From Podarcis filfolensis (lineage: Eukaryota), in assembly GCA_964270895.1 (NCBI GenBank), contig OZ185435.1: DNA of 64,000 nt, one strand, 5' to 3'. The notes under the pieces were generated by a model. The model saw nothing but the letters and a program-made list of their open reading frames with translations. It searched no databases and was not told the origin of the DNA. Numbering within the stretch: position 1 is the stretch's first letter; each line of letters opens with the position of its first letter. Shown here one piece after another: positions 23,003-35,513 of this stretch. The translations under genes were made by a program, and so were the position numbers.

Positions 23003-25429
23003 AGGTCAAAACCTCCTGGGAAAAAACACACCCTAGCATCAGAAACATATTTCATGTCTGAAGAGATGTGATCTACAGCCAGGCTTTCAAAGAAATATGC
23101 TTCCAATAGTTCCAATCTAGGCAGCTATACAAAAAGAATGACTGGGCTCTTACAAAACCACCCTGCTGTTTGAGAAAAGGTGGGAAAGCAATGGGTGCTT
23201 ATCTAAATAAGGACCTCCACTTGTCCTCGTATAAACTCTTGAGCTGCTTGTAATGAACTCTGAAGATACTCTGTGTGCAGCACCTATACATGAAGATCAA
23301 CAGATCCACAAATGATATTTAATTGATAGTGTCCCCTCCCACCATCTGCATTCTGTTTGCTTTGCATTGAAATGAATGGGGTGGGATAACGTAATGTATC
23401 GACAATGTAACTATGCAATTTACATAAAGGCAACATAGCGATGCTATTTATGTGATTTATTACATAAGTTACATCATTTTGCCACAGCAGACAGCAAAAC
23501 GAATAAGGTAGGTTTCGGTGCAAGACAAACCACAGCAGAATGCAAACAATGCTGTATGATGAATGCAGGGCAGAGTGGAAGACGATGCCTTCTTACCTCC
23601 TAAGTGATGGGTGGCCTTCGCAAATCCCCTGAGCTAGCCAACAGAAGAGGTGGCTGTTCCGGTATGAATACTGAAGTAAGATTCAACCACCAATCTGATC
23701 AGCTTCTGTATGTGGAATGGGGGAAGCACAATGTCACCTCATCCTTTGTATCAGACGGAAAAATGTTTAGGGCTGGCCCTGCAGAGATGTGAATAAAATG
23801 TAATGTCTAGTGCCCATTGCTGGGGGTATGGAGAATAGAAGAGAAGGCTCCTTGAGATGACATGTTAGAAGCTTGATATAGCTTAGGCAAAGGCATAAAT
23901 TACATGTACAAAAGGCAGTGCCTGGCCTGAGGAATCTTTAACACTCATCCACTTGACATTGAAAGGGCTTTCATACTCCCTTCCTTTCTAACTACAGTAT
24001 GAAAGAAGCAAATCTATTTTTAAAATTTGACTTCTAATCTAATCACTATTGTTTCATTGCCAGACTAAGCCCCTTTCTCTTTTTATTAGAAAGTCCAAAT
24101 AGAGAAATTAATAATAGTCATCTGCAATGAGATTAAGCAGCTCACAAACTTAGGCAAAAAATGTTTTACTTCCACCGTGCAATGTTAATGAAAACAAACA
24201 AATATCATAGATTGACAGCATGAAAGATTAATTTTTTCCACATTAATAAAGTGAAAGCAGTCTACTGACTCAAAGGCACTCCTGTCATAGATAATTGCTC
24301 ATTACATTATTATTTTTAGAGTAAATTCACATTATGTCAATTAACAAAAGTGTCTAAATTTAAAACCATAGTACTGCCAGGGTGCAAAACAAGTTTAGAA
24401 AGTGGATTGAAATTAGGACCTTTCACTTTTAAATCAACCAGCTATGAACACTCTTAATTTCAATGGGATTTAAATGCAATCATGGATTTGTTCACACATC
24501 AGTTTGTATTACTTGTTTTCTCCATACCTGATTACAGTATACTAGATGGCTAGCAGCTAAAATGTCTGAATTCAGTGTGTGAATTGAAAAGCATTTCATC
24601 TGAATTGATGTGAATGGATATAAATGCCCAACAGTGAAATGACTGCGCTGCATTCGTGAATATGTGTACCTGAACCAACCTCATGTGACTCAATTGTGTG
24701 AAACAAAACTGCAACTTTCAGATTTGTGTGTTCCTTTCCAGAACCCCATGATTGAGAATATTTGGATGTTAGATGTTGATATAGTTAAGAACCTGATTAA
24801 GATGAGCAGCTTTTGTTCTTTGAAGCTTTTGTGTTATGCTAAATTAAACCATTAAATAGTGTAACTTGAACTTAATACCCCAGTTTCTGTAAAAACTCTC
24901 ATGGAGTCTTTATAGTAAAAACACAATAGGACAAAATATAATAGGTCAAAAATTAAAAGCAAATTTTAAAACAACAAATTAAGAATAGCAATCAAATAGC
25001 AGCCTTTGAAGTATTAATAAACAGCAGCACAAAACTAAAAACTCTAGCGGGTAGCATAAAGAGTTGAAAACAGCAAATTTGGGGTCACTGGAATAAAAAG
25101 GTAAACTGTTTTAAGTTGGGCAAAGTGTGGTACTCACCCAGTAGGGAATTTGATAATCTTGGCATCGCTACTATTATACCTGTCCTTCTGATATCACAAT
25201 TGGATGGAGCAGAGAACAGGGTCTCCAGGGCTGACCATAGAGGACAGAAATGCTTATCAACATTTCCAGCTGATTCTCTGAACCCCCCTCAAAAAACAAA
25301 ACAAAACCAAAACCACGTGTGCACGTGCATCTTCCATCATTGTGCAGGCACTGACTTTGGTATCTTGATAGTCAAGACAAATTCCAGAGTCCAACACTCC
25401 ACACTCCCCTCCAATGCCTATTCCTGGTA

Positions 25430-25678
25430 CAGTCATACCTTGGATCCAGAACACCCTGGAACTCGGACATTTTGGCTTCCGAACACCACAAACCTGAAAT
25501 GATTGTTCTGGTTTGCAAACGTTCTTTTGGAACCGAATGTCTGACAGGGTTCCTGCGGCTTCTGATTGGCTGCAGGAGCTTCCTACAGCCAATCAGAAGC
25601 TACGGTTTGGTTTTTGAATGTTTTGGAAGTTGAACGGACTTCCGGAATGCATTCCATTTGACTTCCAAGGTACGACTG
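25430..25678. mobile_element. Tigger/pogo-like MITE
   Basis: TIRs CAGTCATACCTTGGA / TCCAAGGTACGACTG; TA on both sides; internal 20-bp inverted repeat. Confidence 0.88.
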
Positions 25679-27127
25679 TATAGCTGGAGGGAGAGAGATA
25701 AAAGATTAGAGACACATGACAGTTATATTGGGGTTGAATCAAGTTGTGAGAGAATGGTCCCACTTCCCCTGCAACAGCCATTTTATTATTTCCATGTTCC
25801 ATCATGCTAGAACTCAAAACGTGAAAAAGAGGCAGAAGGGGAGAACTATAACGAGAGCATTGGGGCAGTGTTCAGGGCAGCTAGCTATACCTTTATTCAG
25901 CGTACTCCATTCTTTTCCTCCCCCCCCCGGTCTCTCTCTCTCTGTCTCTCTTACACCCCCCACAAGCAGACTCTCAACAATCTGTGACCACAGATCATTA
26001 GGCTATTTTGGGGTGGGTTTTTTTGAGAGGGCTCTTTAGGGTTTTTGCCTAAATATTTTTATTCTTTTGAAAACTCAGGTGTTCCCCTGTCTTGTTTCTA
26101 CTATCCCCCTTTGCCGCAGAGCAGTCACAAACCCAGCACCTGAGTTCACAATTAGTATATATGATGATAGTTTCTTACAACATGATTCCTTCTTTTTTTA
26201 AAAAAGCAGCACAGACCTGAATTTCTTTATGGTGGAATCTTCTCCCCAAGAACTCTGATTAATAACATTTTCTTTCCTGAGTCACGTAGCTGCTTGAAGC
26301 TTATAATGTAAGTGCCACCCACTAATTTATTTGTTGAGTCAAGTGAAATGATTTCATATTTCAGCAATCACAAAGGCCAAGGATGTGCAATCAGTTCTGA
26401 AGCAGAACACTCTACTGATTTTCGTTAAGTAGCTCTTCAAGACAAAAAGAGTGGAAATGACACATTCTATCCCTGTACTGGGAAGACTAAGCTCAATGGT
26501 CTGTTTCTCTTTTACTCTTACATTGGCTGCTGGCACTCTGTGGGCTGGATTGGGTAGGGAGGGGAAAGAGGTAGCCAAACAGGCAAGGTGATACTAACAG
26601 CAGAACTACAAAGAGTCTTTGGATTTGATTAATTTGGTTTGGATTTAATGACCTCTCTGTGCATTCCAGCCCCATTTTAGCTCTCCTCTGGGTCTCTCTC
26701 TCAGTCTCTGGTTTGTTTTGCTACAATATCATACAATGTCTGACTCTTCCAGGAGGAGGTAGTGTTAATTAACACTCTGAGCTTTATACTGAACTTCTAA
26801 AGGGAAGTGGGACTGCTTGTACACATGATCCGCCACTCCGGCTATGAAGAGAGTCTGTGGTTGGGAAATGATTCTAACCAATGCTTTCATTTATAAAATA
26901 CTTTGATAAACAGAAACCCTTAAAAATCAGGCATGCACAAACTTGTGATCAACCAAGGCAAAAGCAGCCCACCACCAATATATTTGCAACTTCGCAAAGA
27001 GGAAGCAAAATCAAGAGCTTTGTTGACACCCTAGCAAGCCACCACATAGGTCTACAATCAGGTTAGGGGTTCATAAGTTGTATACATCTATTAAAGAGAA
27101 TCATTTTATGCATAAAATGGCTATGAG

Positions 27128-27365
27128 CTAGTTCGCACATGAAGCCAAAGCTAACCATAGCTTAGTGTGAATGCATAAGAGTGAAGTTTCCTGCAGAGGA
27201 AATCCAGCCATGTTGTGTGAACCTGGGATGATGGTTTGTCTTGCTCCAGACAAACAATGAGTGACAAAACCAAAGCATAAGCTTTGGTAGCAGCTTGCGG
27301 TTTGGAAAAATGTAAACCACAAGCTTAAGCTTGGACAGTATGCTAAACCAAACCATGTCTTAGCT
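27128..27365. repeat. degenerate palindromic MITE-like repeat
   Basis: CTAACCATAGCTTAG / TATGCTAAACCAAACCATG-type motifs with several local palindromes (AAGCTTAAGCTT). Confidence 0.35.
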
Positions 27366-27562
27366 CACAGCAATGCAGCAGCAGGACCAGAGTAGCCCTC
27401 ACATTATGAGATCCACACACTCATTTCCACACTCACACTTTTTTAGGGGGTGATTTAGTGTTACATGCACTGTAACACTAAGGAAGATTTTGGACATTAC
27501 ATGGCAGGAAAGAGTTTCAAACAAAGATGGGCTCTCCCAAGCCCACATTCCCAACATTCTTG

Positions 27563-27598
<36 letters not shown>

Positions 27599-27606
27599 TA
27601 TTATTA
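27563..27606. repeat. (ATC)n(ATT)n microsatellite
   Basis: Direct repeat; source of the poly-Asp and poly-Ile ORFs. Confidence 0.98.
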
Positions 27607-27782
27607 GTTTCATATGGCCTGAAATAAGTTTCAGTTTGTCCTACCACATCCAGTTTCTTATTGCCATCAGACAGCACTTCAGGAACTTGTAACTAGTTTC
27701 CTAGGATGAGTTGATAATGAGAGCTAGAGCTGGGTTTCCTTAGCATTTTGATGCCTCTTCACCCAAAGCCTTTCACCCAGTA

Positions 27783-28024
27783 CAGTGGTACCTCGGGTTA
27801 AGTACTTAATTCGTTCCGGAGGTCCGTTCTTAACCTGAAACTGTTCTTAACCTGAAGCACCACTTTAGCTAATGGGGCCTCCTGCTGCCGCTGCACCGCC
27901 ACCGCGCGATTTCTGTTCTCATCCTGAAGCAAAGTTCTTAACCCGAGGTAATATTTCTGGGTTAGCGGAGTCTGTAACCTGAAGTATATGTAACCCGAAG
28001 CGTATGTAACCTGAGGTACCACTG
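27783..28024. mobile_element. Tigger/pogo-like MITE, young
   Basis: TIRs CAGTGGTACCTCGGGTTA / TAACCTGAGGTACCACTG; TA TSD at 27781-27782 and 28025-28026; CpG retained; repeated TAACC(T/C)GA(A/G) subterminal motifs. Confidence 0.93.
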
Positions 28025-28860
28025 TAGTTTAATATAGATGTTTAAAAGTATGGTGGGGGCAGGGGAATATGGAACTCTGCAGCACCCCATAGGCCAATTG
28101 CTGAGGAACTGAACATTATTTCCCCCAGTCATATCTTCTGAGACTTCCTCACTGAACTCACAAGAACTCACTGAACTCACAAGAGCTCCCCAAAACATGG
28201 CATGGCCCAGTTCTGCAAAGCAGTAGACCATGGCTTCTGCGAGGTCTATGATGCTCCAGCTTTTTTACTCTGCCCCCCCCCCCCAAATTTCTTTTTGAAA
28301 TGTAAACTACATCTTAAACAGTTCCATTGAATGAACATTATTATTTTTCTGGGAAGCCAGAGAATGAGAATTAATTATGATGGGATTTCTTTGATTTTAC
28401 AATTACTAACATAAACTAAAATTCATATTACCATTACATTTAAAAGGACACAGCTCTACCCGTTAATTTGAAAAACCCATTAAACCAGTGTTTAATAAAT
28501 AAGAGGATGGAATCTTGAATGTGATTAGACAGTTTCTTTTAATGGGAGGCATTCAGATGTAACACATTGATAGGTAACAGATAAAGACTAATCCTCTGAC
28601 ATAAACTGACAGCGCTCTATTGGATTAAATTGTGCTACTTCAGTGGAGCTTTGCTAATATATAGCAGCTGGGAAATTAGACCATAATACATGCATTATCT
28701 TTGAAGCACAGGCTCTCAAACTTAGCCAAACTTATTACCACCATCCATTCTTGTAATTGTCCAGCCCCTACTAACCCTCTCAAAGGGGGCTTTGCATGTT
28801 TCAGTACTTTGATATAAGGCTTGGGTTCACAGATATCTTATGTGAGTGGAAAGAAACTAA

Positions 28861-29316
28861 TCCAGAATGCGGCAGTTAGACTGGTGACTGGGAGACCATA
28901 TAATACTGGTTCTGAAAGACCTACATTGGCTCCCAGTACGTTTCCAAGCACAATTCAGAGTGTTGATGCTGACCTTTAAAGCCCTAAATGGCCTCAGCCC
29001 AGTATACCTGAAGGAGCGTCTCCACTCCCATTATTCAGCCCGGACATTGAGGGCCAGCTCTGAGGGCGTTCTGGCGATTCCATCACTGCGAGAAGTGAAG
29101 TTACAGGGAATCAGGCAGAGAATCTTCTCGGTAGTGGCACCCGCCCTGTGGAACTCCCTCCCACCGGATGTCAAGGAAGTAAACAACTATCTGACATTTA
29201 GAAGACATCTGAAAGCAGCCCTGTTTAGGGAAGTTTTTAATATTTTAGTGTGTTTATACTATTCTGTTGGGAGCTGATCAGAGTGGCTGGAGAAACCCAG
29301 CCGGATGGGCGGGGTA

Positions 29317-29355
<39 letters not shown>

Positions 29356-29357
29356 AA
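28861..29357 (+). mobile_element. L2 LINE 3' end
   Basis: LHWLPV...LMLTFKALNGLSPVYLKERL...FSVVAPALWNSLP (L2 ORF2 C-terminus); (TAAA)n tail at 29316-29357. Confidence 0.93.
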
Positions 29358-29369
29358 TTCTTGCATAAG

Positions 29370-29580
29370 ACAGTCCCATGAAAGCTCAATGGTAGAGAAA
29401 ATGTTTTTCAAGCAAAAGGTCCCAGGTGCATTTCCTGGGATTTCCAGGAGGCGCTGCAGAAAGTCTCTGTCTGAAGACATGGGCATCTGCTGCCAGTCGG
29501 TGTGTACTGTAGACAATACTAGGCTATACTATGCTAGTTAAACCAAAATTCTAATTCAATATAAGGCAGGTTCCCAATTT
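29370..29580 (+). mobile_element. tRNA-headed SINE (same family as 1329-1655), decayed
   Basis: AGCTCAATGGTAGAG...AAGGTCCCAGGT...CTGCTGCCAGTC...TGTAGACAATACT...ATAAGGCAG. Confidence 0.75.
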
Positions 29581-29865
29581 CCCCCATTCTGCTACAGACC
29601 CCTGTGTCCTTGGCTTTCCAGGGAGTGCAGGTGGCTGCAGTGGAAGCAGGAAAACTTTTGCATGAGCAGAGTTCTGCTCACACACATATGGAGCCAACCC
29701 ATATTTTCACTCTCTCTCACACACACACACTTTCCGAAGCAAAAACAGGAAACTCTTCCAAGGCAGCTTTTTTTTTTTTTTTAAAAAGGGGGGGTTGGGA
29801 AAGTTGCTGTCCATTGTGCTGATATTTAGATCCCTCAAAATACCCTGCATATCTCAGCACATATA

Positions 29866-30518
29866 GAGTGGTACCTTGGTTCTCAAATTTAATCCGTTCC
29901 AGAAGTCCGTTCCAAAACCAAAGCGTTCTAAAACCAAGGCATGCATAGAAAGTAATGCAAAATGGATTAATCTGTTCCAGACTTTTAAAAACAACCCCTA
30001 AAACAGCAATTTAACATGAATTTTACTATCTAAAGAGACCACTGATCCATAAAATGAAAGCAATAACCAATGCACTGTACTATAAAATAAATAAGACAGT
30101 ATTGTAGATGATAAAAATTAAAATTAAATATTTTTCTTACCTACACTGATGATAGTCATTGTTTGGATGTGGGTCTTTTATCCATTTCCTCATCACACAA
30201 TCAATCAATCAATCAATCAATAGCTGAACTGGGTTCCACACAGTCACAAAAACAAATTAACCGAAAAAGCCTCAAAAACAAAAATGCAAAATAAATAGCA
30301 AAAACAAAAATGCCAAACTTAATCCATTCTGGAAGTACGTTTGACTCTGGAAATTCGAAAACCAAGCTTCAGCTTCTGATTGGTGCAGATGCCCCAGAAA
30401 CAATAGCCGAAAGCCGCATCAGACATTCGGCTTCTGAAAAACGTTAGAAAACTGGAACACTTATTTCCCGTTTTCCAGCGTTTGAGAACCAAGGTGTGTG
30501 AAAACCAAGGTACCACTG
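29866..30518. mobile_element. Tigger/pogo-like non-autonomous element (long variant)
   Basis: TIRs (G)AGTGGTACCTTGGTT / AACCAAGGTACCACTG; TA on both sides; right third is the reverse complement of the block in the 1351 and 25430 copies. Confidence 0.9.
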
Positions 30519-30561
30519 TATATGTATTACTTGTAATCCAATGTATGTTGATGCTTTAAAG

Positions 30562-30678
30562 CCTGGAGGGGTAGCCTATGGCCCTCCAGATGATGTTGAG
30601 CTACAACACACATCATCCCTTGGTGACTGGGGCTGATAGAAGTTGTGGTCCAACGACATCTGAAGGACCCCATTCCTG
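30562..30678. mobile_element. short palindromic hAT-type MITE
   Basis: GGCCCTCCAGATGATGTTGAGCTACAAC...GTTGTGGTCCAACGACATCTGAAGG arms; degenerate 8-bp flanks CTTTAAAG / CTTTAGAA. Confidence 0.65.
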
Positions 30679-32863
30679 CTTTAGAATCAAATTCTGCATA
30701 TCTTCATCAAAGTTGAACCAGTGCATGGAGATCAGAAATATTTTATAATTTGTTTTCTTTGAAACCGTCTGACTTTTAAACATGTTTAGGATTGTGCTAT
30801 CTTGTGTGATTAAAATCAGTGGGACAATAGTTAATAATGACTAACATGCTGTTGATGTTAATGGAATTTAAACTGAGCAGAGTTTTTCTGCGTTGTTGCC
30901 CAAGAATCTAGATTCTGATGGCTTTATTTTGAGTATGCTCTCTGAGGCAAAGAAAGGACTTTGCATTCCTGTTTGCATTACAAGTCAAAACTCAGGGTAA
31001 ACTCAGGGTAAACTGTCATAAGTAGAAGTCTCTTAATTATCTGATGAATGAGCTGATTCCTGAGAGTTTATTTTGTGTTTTCTGGTTTACAGAGAGAGGG
31101 AATGATGCCTATCAGAATGCCATTTGATTTGGAATAAGAGGGTCTTATCCTCCTTGGATTGGTTGGAAATTGTCTCAGATGCATTTCTCATTATAACAGA
31201 AACAAAAGACTTGACAACGAGATGATTGGAAATCCATTAATTACAACCATTATAAGAGTTAATACAGCATCCTGGAAAACGTATCTTTGTACTTTTTGGC
31301 AGATTTTGCCTTGTGTCCTGTAAAACCAATAAGAACAAAATAGCTAAGTTAATCAGTTTAATTAAGCTCTTTGCATCCCAATTTATTGTTTCCATGTGAT
31401 TACAAGAAAGAATTGTAGAACTAATTATCCCATTGTTACACTCTGTTCAGCAGAATGTATCTAATCAAAGATTTTTTATATATAAAGAAAACACATGCTG
31501 TACAATTAATTTTAAATCAAACACAATTCTTACACAAAGTGCTGTATTTTTCACCCTCCCCCAGGAACACTGTTCTTCTAACATCATTTAATTATTAGGA
31601 CACAATTAAAGTTTTAAAAATTATTTCACAGTTTGGCTCACTTGGGGGATGGAATGGAGGGAGGTGCTGACGTCGATGCAATGCAAAGTCCACCATTCTT
31701 AAATGGGAATCTTGCCAAGAGCTTTGGCAAAATTATTCTCTGTGTACTTTGTGGTCTCATTCCAATTATAACTAATCAAACGACTTGCTGCTGTGAGCTC
31801 CTGAATGCCAGCTTTCATGACATCAGATCAGCTAGAGTATACATTAAACTGTAATTTACAGCTGCTTGTGCAGGAAAGCACACACACAGAGTCCACCTCC
31901 CCAAATAAAACTCCACCCCAGAAGACACAATCTTATTAGGGAATAGACAACAAAGCTGTCATCTATTTGCTACTGGGCTGAAATGAAGATCTCACTCTGG
32001 TGTATAAAGCCCTTCTTAGAATTCTTCCTGTCTTTGGAGATGAGGATCCTGAGTTTCCCAGGTGTCCTCTTCATTTCAGAGAGAACCTGCTGGGATCCTT
32101 ACTCTGAGAACTTAGACACCTGTGTCATCAAAGAACCCACTATATTGATGTGTTATTTGATTTCTTCCTTTCACTATCCTTCAGCCCTCTTTCCCCCCCA
32201 GTTCTCTCTCATCACTACGATATAAAATCCCAGATTCCTTATTAGGTCCTTTTTTTGTGTATCTCTTTCCTTGTTTTCTCTGAGGCAAGACATTTCTTTA
32301 TTTATTGCATTTATATTCTACCTTTTTATCTGAGGAGATCAAGGTGATATACATGGTTCACACCTTCAAGAGTATGAAACTGCATTTAGCATTGAAATGA
32401 AATGTCCCCCTTATCAAATTAACACATGCCTGTCTTCAGAAATGTGGCGGTGGTATCGGGCTCTAGAAGTAGTACGTGTGTTGGGAGGACTGTGAAGTGA
32501 AAGTGAAGCATTTACATATAAGTCGTGCAATCTTTTTGATGGTTTTTGAATGTCATAGATAATTTAAATAAGAGACAGTGTTACGAAAATTAGAAAATGA
32601 AAGGTTAAGCGGCTGCCAACCTGTTCACAAGCCGGGAAAATATTGAGATCAATGGAAGCATAACAATCGCTAGAACTGACGAGGGGAGGAGGTTCAGGGA
32701 TGCTGCTCCCACCTTCTTTGGTTGGAACAAAGAACAGAAGAAACAAAACATGACATCAGTGCTTCCCTTCCTTATCAATCATCCCAGTGAGGTTGCACTT
32801 AATTGCCAGAATACTGGAAGCACAGAGCAGCTTTACATTTTATGGAGCTCTTGAGCAGAATAC

Positions 32864-33290
32864 TGCCACGACCCTGGCGGACAACAGTGACTTGGACACA
32901 GAGTCTGAGGCTGCAGAGCTACCTGCTGAGGGACTAGGCCTGCCTGGTTGAGGGCTCTGAGCCAGCTGCTGGTCAGAGGACTACTGAGCCAGGGGTTGGC
33001 ATACAGGGGCCCACAGAAAACCTCCCATAGCATTGGGGTATACAGGATCAGGACCTTCTCCTGAGCCTGAGGAACCAAATGCCTTCCACATTTGGTGGCC
33101 CAGTGATGCAGAGATCCCACCAAACAGAAGGCCATAGATCATAGGCGTACCTGTCTTCAGGCCAGAGACAAGCTAAGTTCTTCACAAGGAGCCTGGGAGA
33201 AGTGATCTGGGGACAGAGGGTTAAGGCTCAGCTTGCTTTTGACCTTTGTTGGAGCAAGCTACACACTTGGAGCTGTCCGTGGTCCTGTAA
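32864..33290 (+). mobile_element. LTR-like fragment (solo-LTR class)
   Basis: Begins TGCCACGACCC (TGTCA-like start) and is a GC-richer island resembling the other solo LTRs; 3' CA end and TSD not found. Confidence 0.4.
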
Positions 33291-33509
33291 CTATGGATCT
33301 CTCTTCCCCTGTGGGCTTTTCTGCAAAACCAGAGCAACACAAATGACCTTCCCCTATATATCTTAACTATAATGGCAACATTTACTTATAAAAAATGGGA
33401 TAATTCGGAGGAGGGAGAGCCCATACACCCCAGATTTTCCTTAGATTGATTTGTACATCTTATTGACTTTCTGTAGCTGTATTCTAAAAAACCAATAATC
33501 ATATATTAA

Positions 33510-33534
33510 ACACACACACACACACACACACACA
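33510..33534. repeat. (CA)n microsatellite
   Basis: Direct repeat. Confidence 0.97.
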
Positions 33535-34592
33535 TCTCAAATGTCTATAGCCCTAATTGTGGCACTGTACTTTGAAATGCTTATGATTCTTTCCTCCAGA
33601 GGTTGTATATGGCATCTATGTACCTTAAAGTGTGAAGAACCCCACTAACTGATCTGTAAGCAATTTCTAAGCCCAAGACACGATGCTACAGATATTACCA
33701 CAGATGCTGTAAGTGTAGTTCCATCCTACACTATTATTAGAGATCTAGGGTGAATGTGTCCTGGAGAGAGAAAAAGAGACATAGTATGAGAAAAAGAAAA
33801 GAAAATGAAAACATGAAATTATGGGGGAAATTCTAGTCTCTTTAAAGTCAAAAAGTCAAATTAGCATGTGATCAGGATTTTGCATGCATTAGAAATGGCA
33901 ATTTTAAATATCCACCTCTCAGCAAAATAAGCTAAAGTTTGATTGTACAAAGGTGATTAGTAATTTAGTAAAATGTTCTGTGGTAAAATACACCCACCTA
34001 CCATTTCTGGGAACTATCAGGTGAATTGTCCTTCAGTGGGTATATGTATGATTTCCAGTATGGACTATGTATTTTTAAAAGTAACATTAGCATTTTTTAC
34101 TTGATAATATATTTTATTTAATATATCAAGTTATGTTTTTTAAAAATAACAACCAGAATTTTATGTAACTGCAAAAACTTTGGCGAGTTGAAACCATATT
34201 TTCAGAACTTGGTAAGTGAATGCTAAATTCTATTCTGTCCTTGGCTTTCACTGCTGCACACACACTTGCTGTTAGATATGCCATTTGCTCAGCCGTTTGG
34301 AGCACTGAAATCAATAATTACGATCACACACAGGGCTGCTAGATGACTGCCTGACCCAAATAATAAATTTTGAGATAAAAATATACCCATCAGCTTGACC
34401 GATTTCCAATTGTGTAATTTCAGTACAGCTATATTTGGGGAAATTGTTGATGCAAACTGGTCATTTGAAAAACAACAACACATTTTTGGCTTCTTGGTTA
34501 CATATCGGCTTGCTAAAATAACAAAGGGGTAGTGGCAAATTTTGAAGTGCAGGAGTTTAGCATCACAGCTCCTCATATCCTCCCCCCTCCAG

Positions 34593-34678
34593 GAGAGTTC
34601 TGGTTACAGAGATGGCAATGAAACATTAACTCTGGGAGAAGCTCCAAAAATGGCAGAGAAATGGGAGAGATCCTGTTT
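34593..34678 (+). other. candidate coding exon (unassigned), ESSGYRDGNETLTLGEAPKMAEKWERSC
   Basis: Acceptor CCTCATATCCTCCCCCCTCCAG, open phase-0 frame, donor TTT|GTAAGG; protein not recognised. Confidence 0.2.
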
Positions 34679-34898
34679 GTAAGGTTGCCCTCCCCATGTT
34701 TACAAAATTAGCAGTTTTATAGAGAAAAGCAACCTTGTCTTCGAGGTTCAAGTAAGTAGTATTGGGTTAGTGAAGGAGAATGAGTATGCATTTACAATGA
34801 GTGAATTATGTTCCACCTTCTTGTACTCATTCATGCCCAAGATACCTAAGGGAGTCATCCAGACAGCGACATTCTTGGGATGGGGATAGAAATTTACT

Positions 34899-35017
34899 GG
34901 GTGGTAGCTGACTAATTTACTCAGAGTAGACCGATTGACATGAACATACTCTGGAGTAATTTAAGTCCATTTATGTCAGTGGGTCTACTCTGAATACAAT
35001 TTAACCAGATACCACCC
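34899..35017. repeat. short palindromic element (CAGAGTAGACCCATTGA family)
   Basis: Terminal GGGTGGTA/TACCACCC and internal CTCAGAGTAGACC / GGTCTACTCTGA inverted arms; related copy at 37996-38115. Confidence 0.65.
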
Positions 35018-35513
35018 ATTGCCATGACTATTGGTATTGAACATGTTTATTCTCAATGGCATACAAAAGAGTCACACAGCTAGAATCAGATTAAACAATA
35101 AGCTGTCTTTTGCAGCTTATGAGTGCAGGGATCACCATGGACTTTGGAAAGACTTCATCACAAACATAGAGCTTTGTCTGAGGTGCAAAACCTAGCTGGT
35201 TGAAAGCAGAGTAGTGATGGGATGTATTACACATTAGAGACTTTCAGATAAATTGGTTCAATGAGAATCCCACTTCAGAATGACTGGCAAGCTACTCACC
35301 TACCCCTTGCTATTGTGGGGTTTCCCTTAACGTTGGTCCAGAAAGCGCAGCTTGTGCAAGGCTGTTGAAGGGAGGCATCTTATTGACAGAGCATATCACA
35401 AATGCTGAAAGAGCAACACTGGTTGCCAGTATGCTACTGGGCCAAGGTCAAAGACATGCTATTGGAATAGCCCTGACCTACTTACCTCGGGGAACACTTT
35501 ATGTTGTACATAC

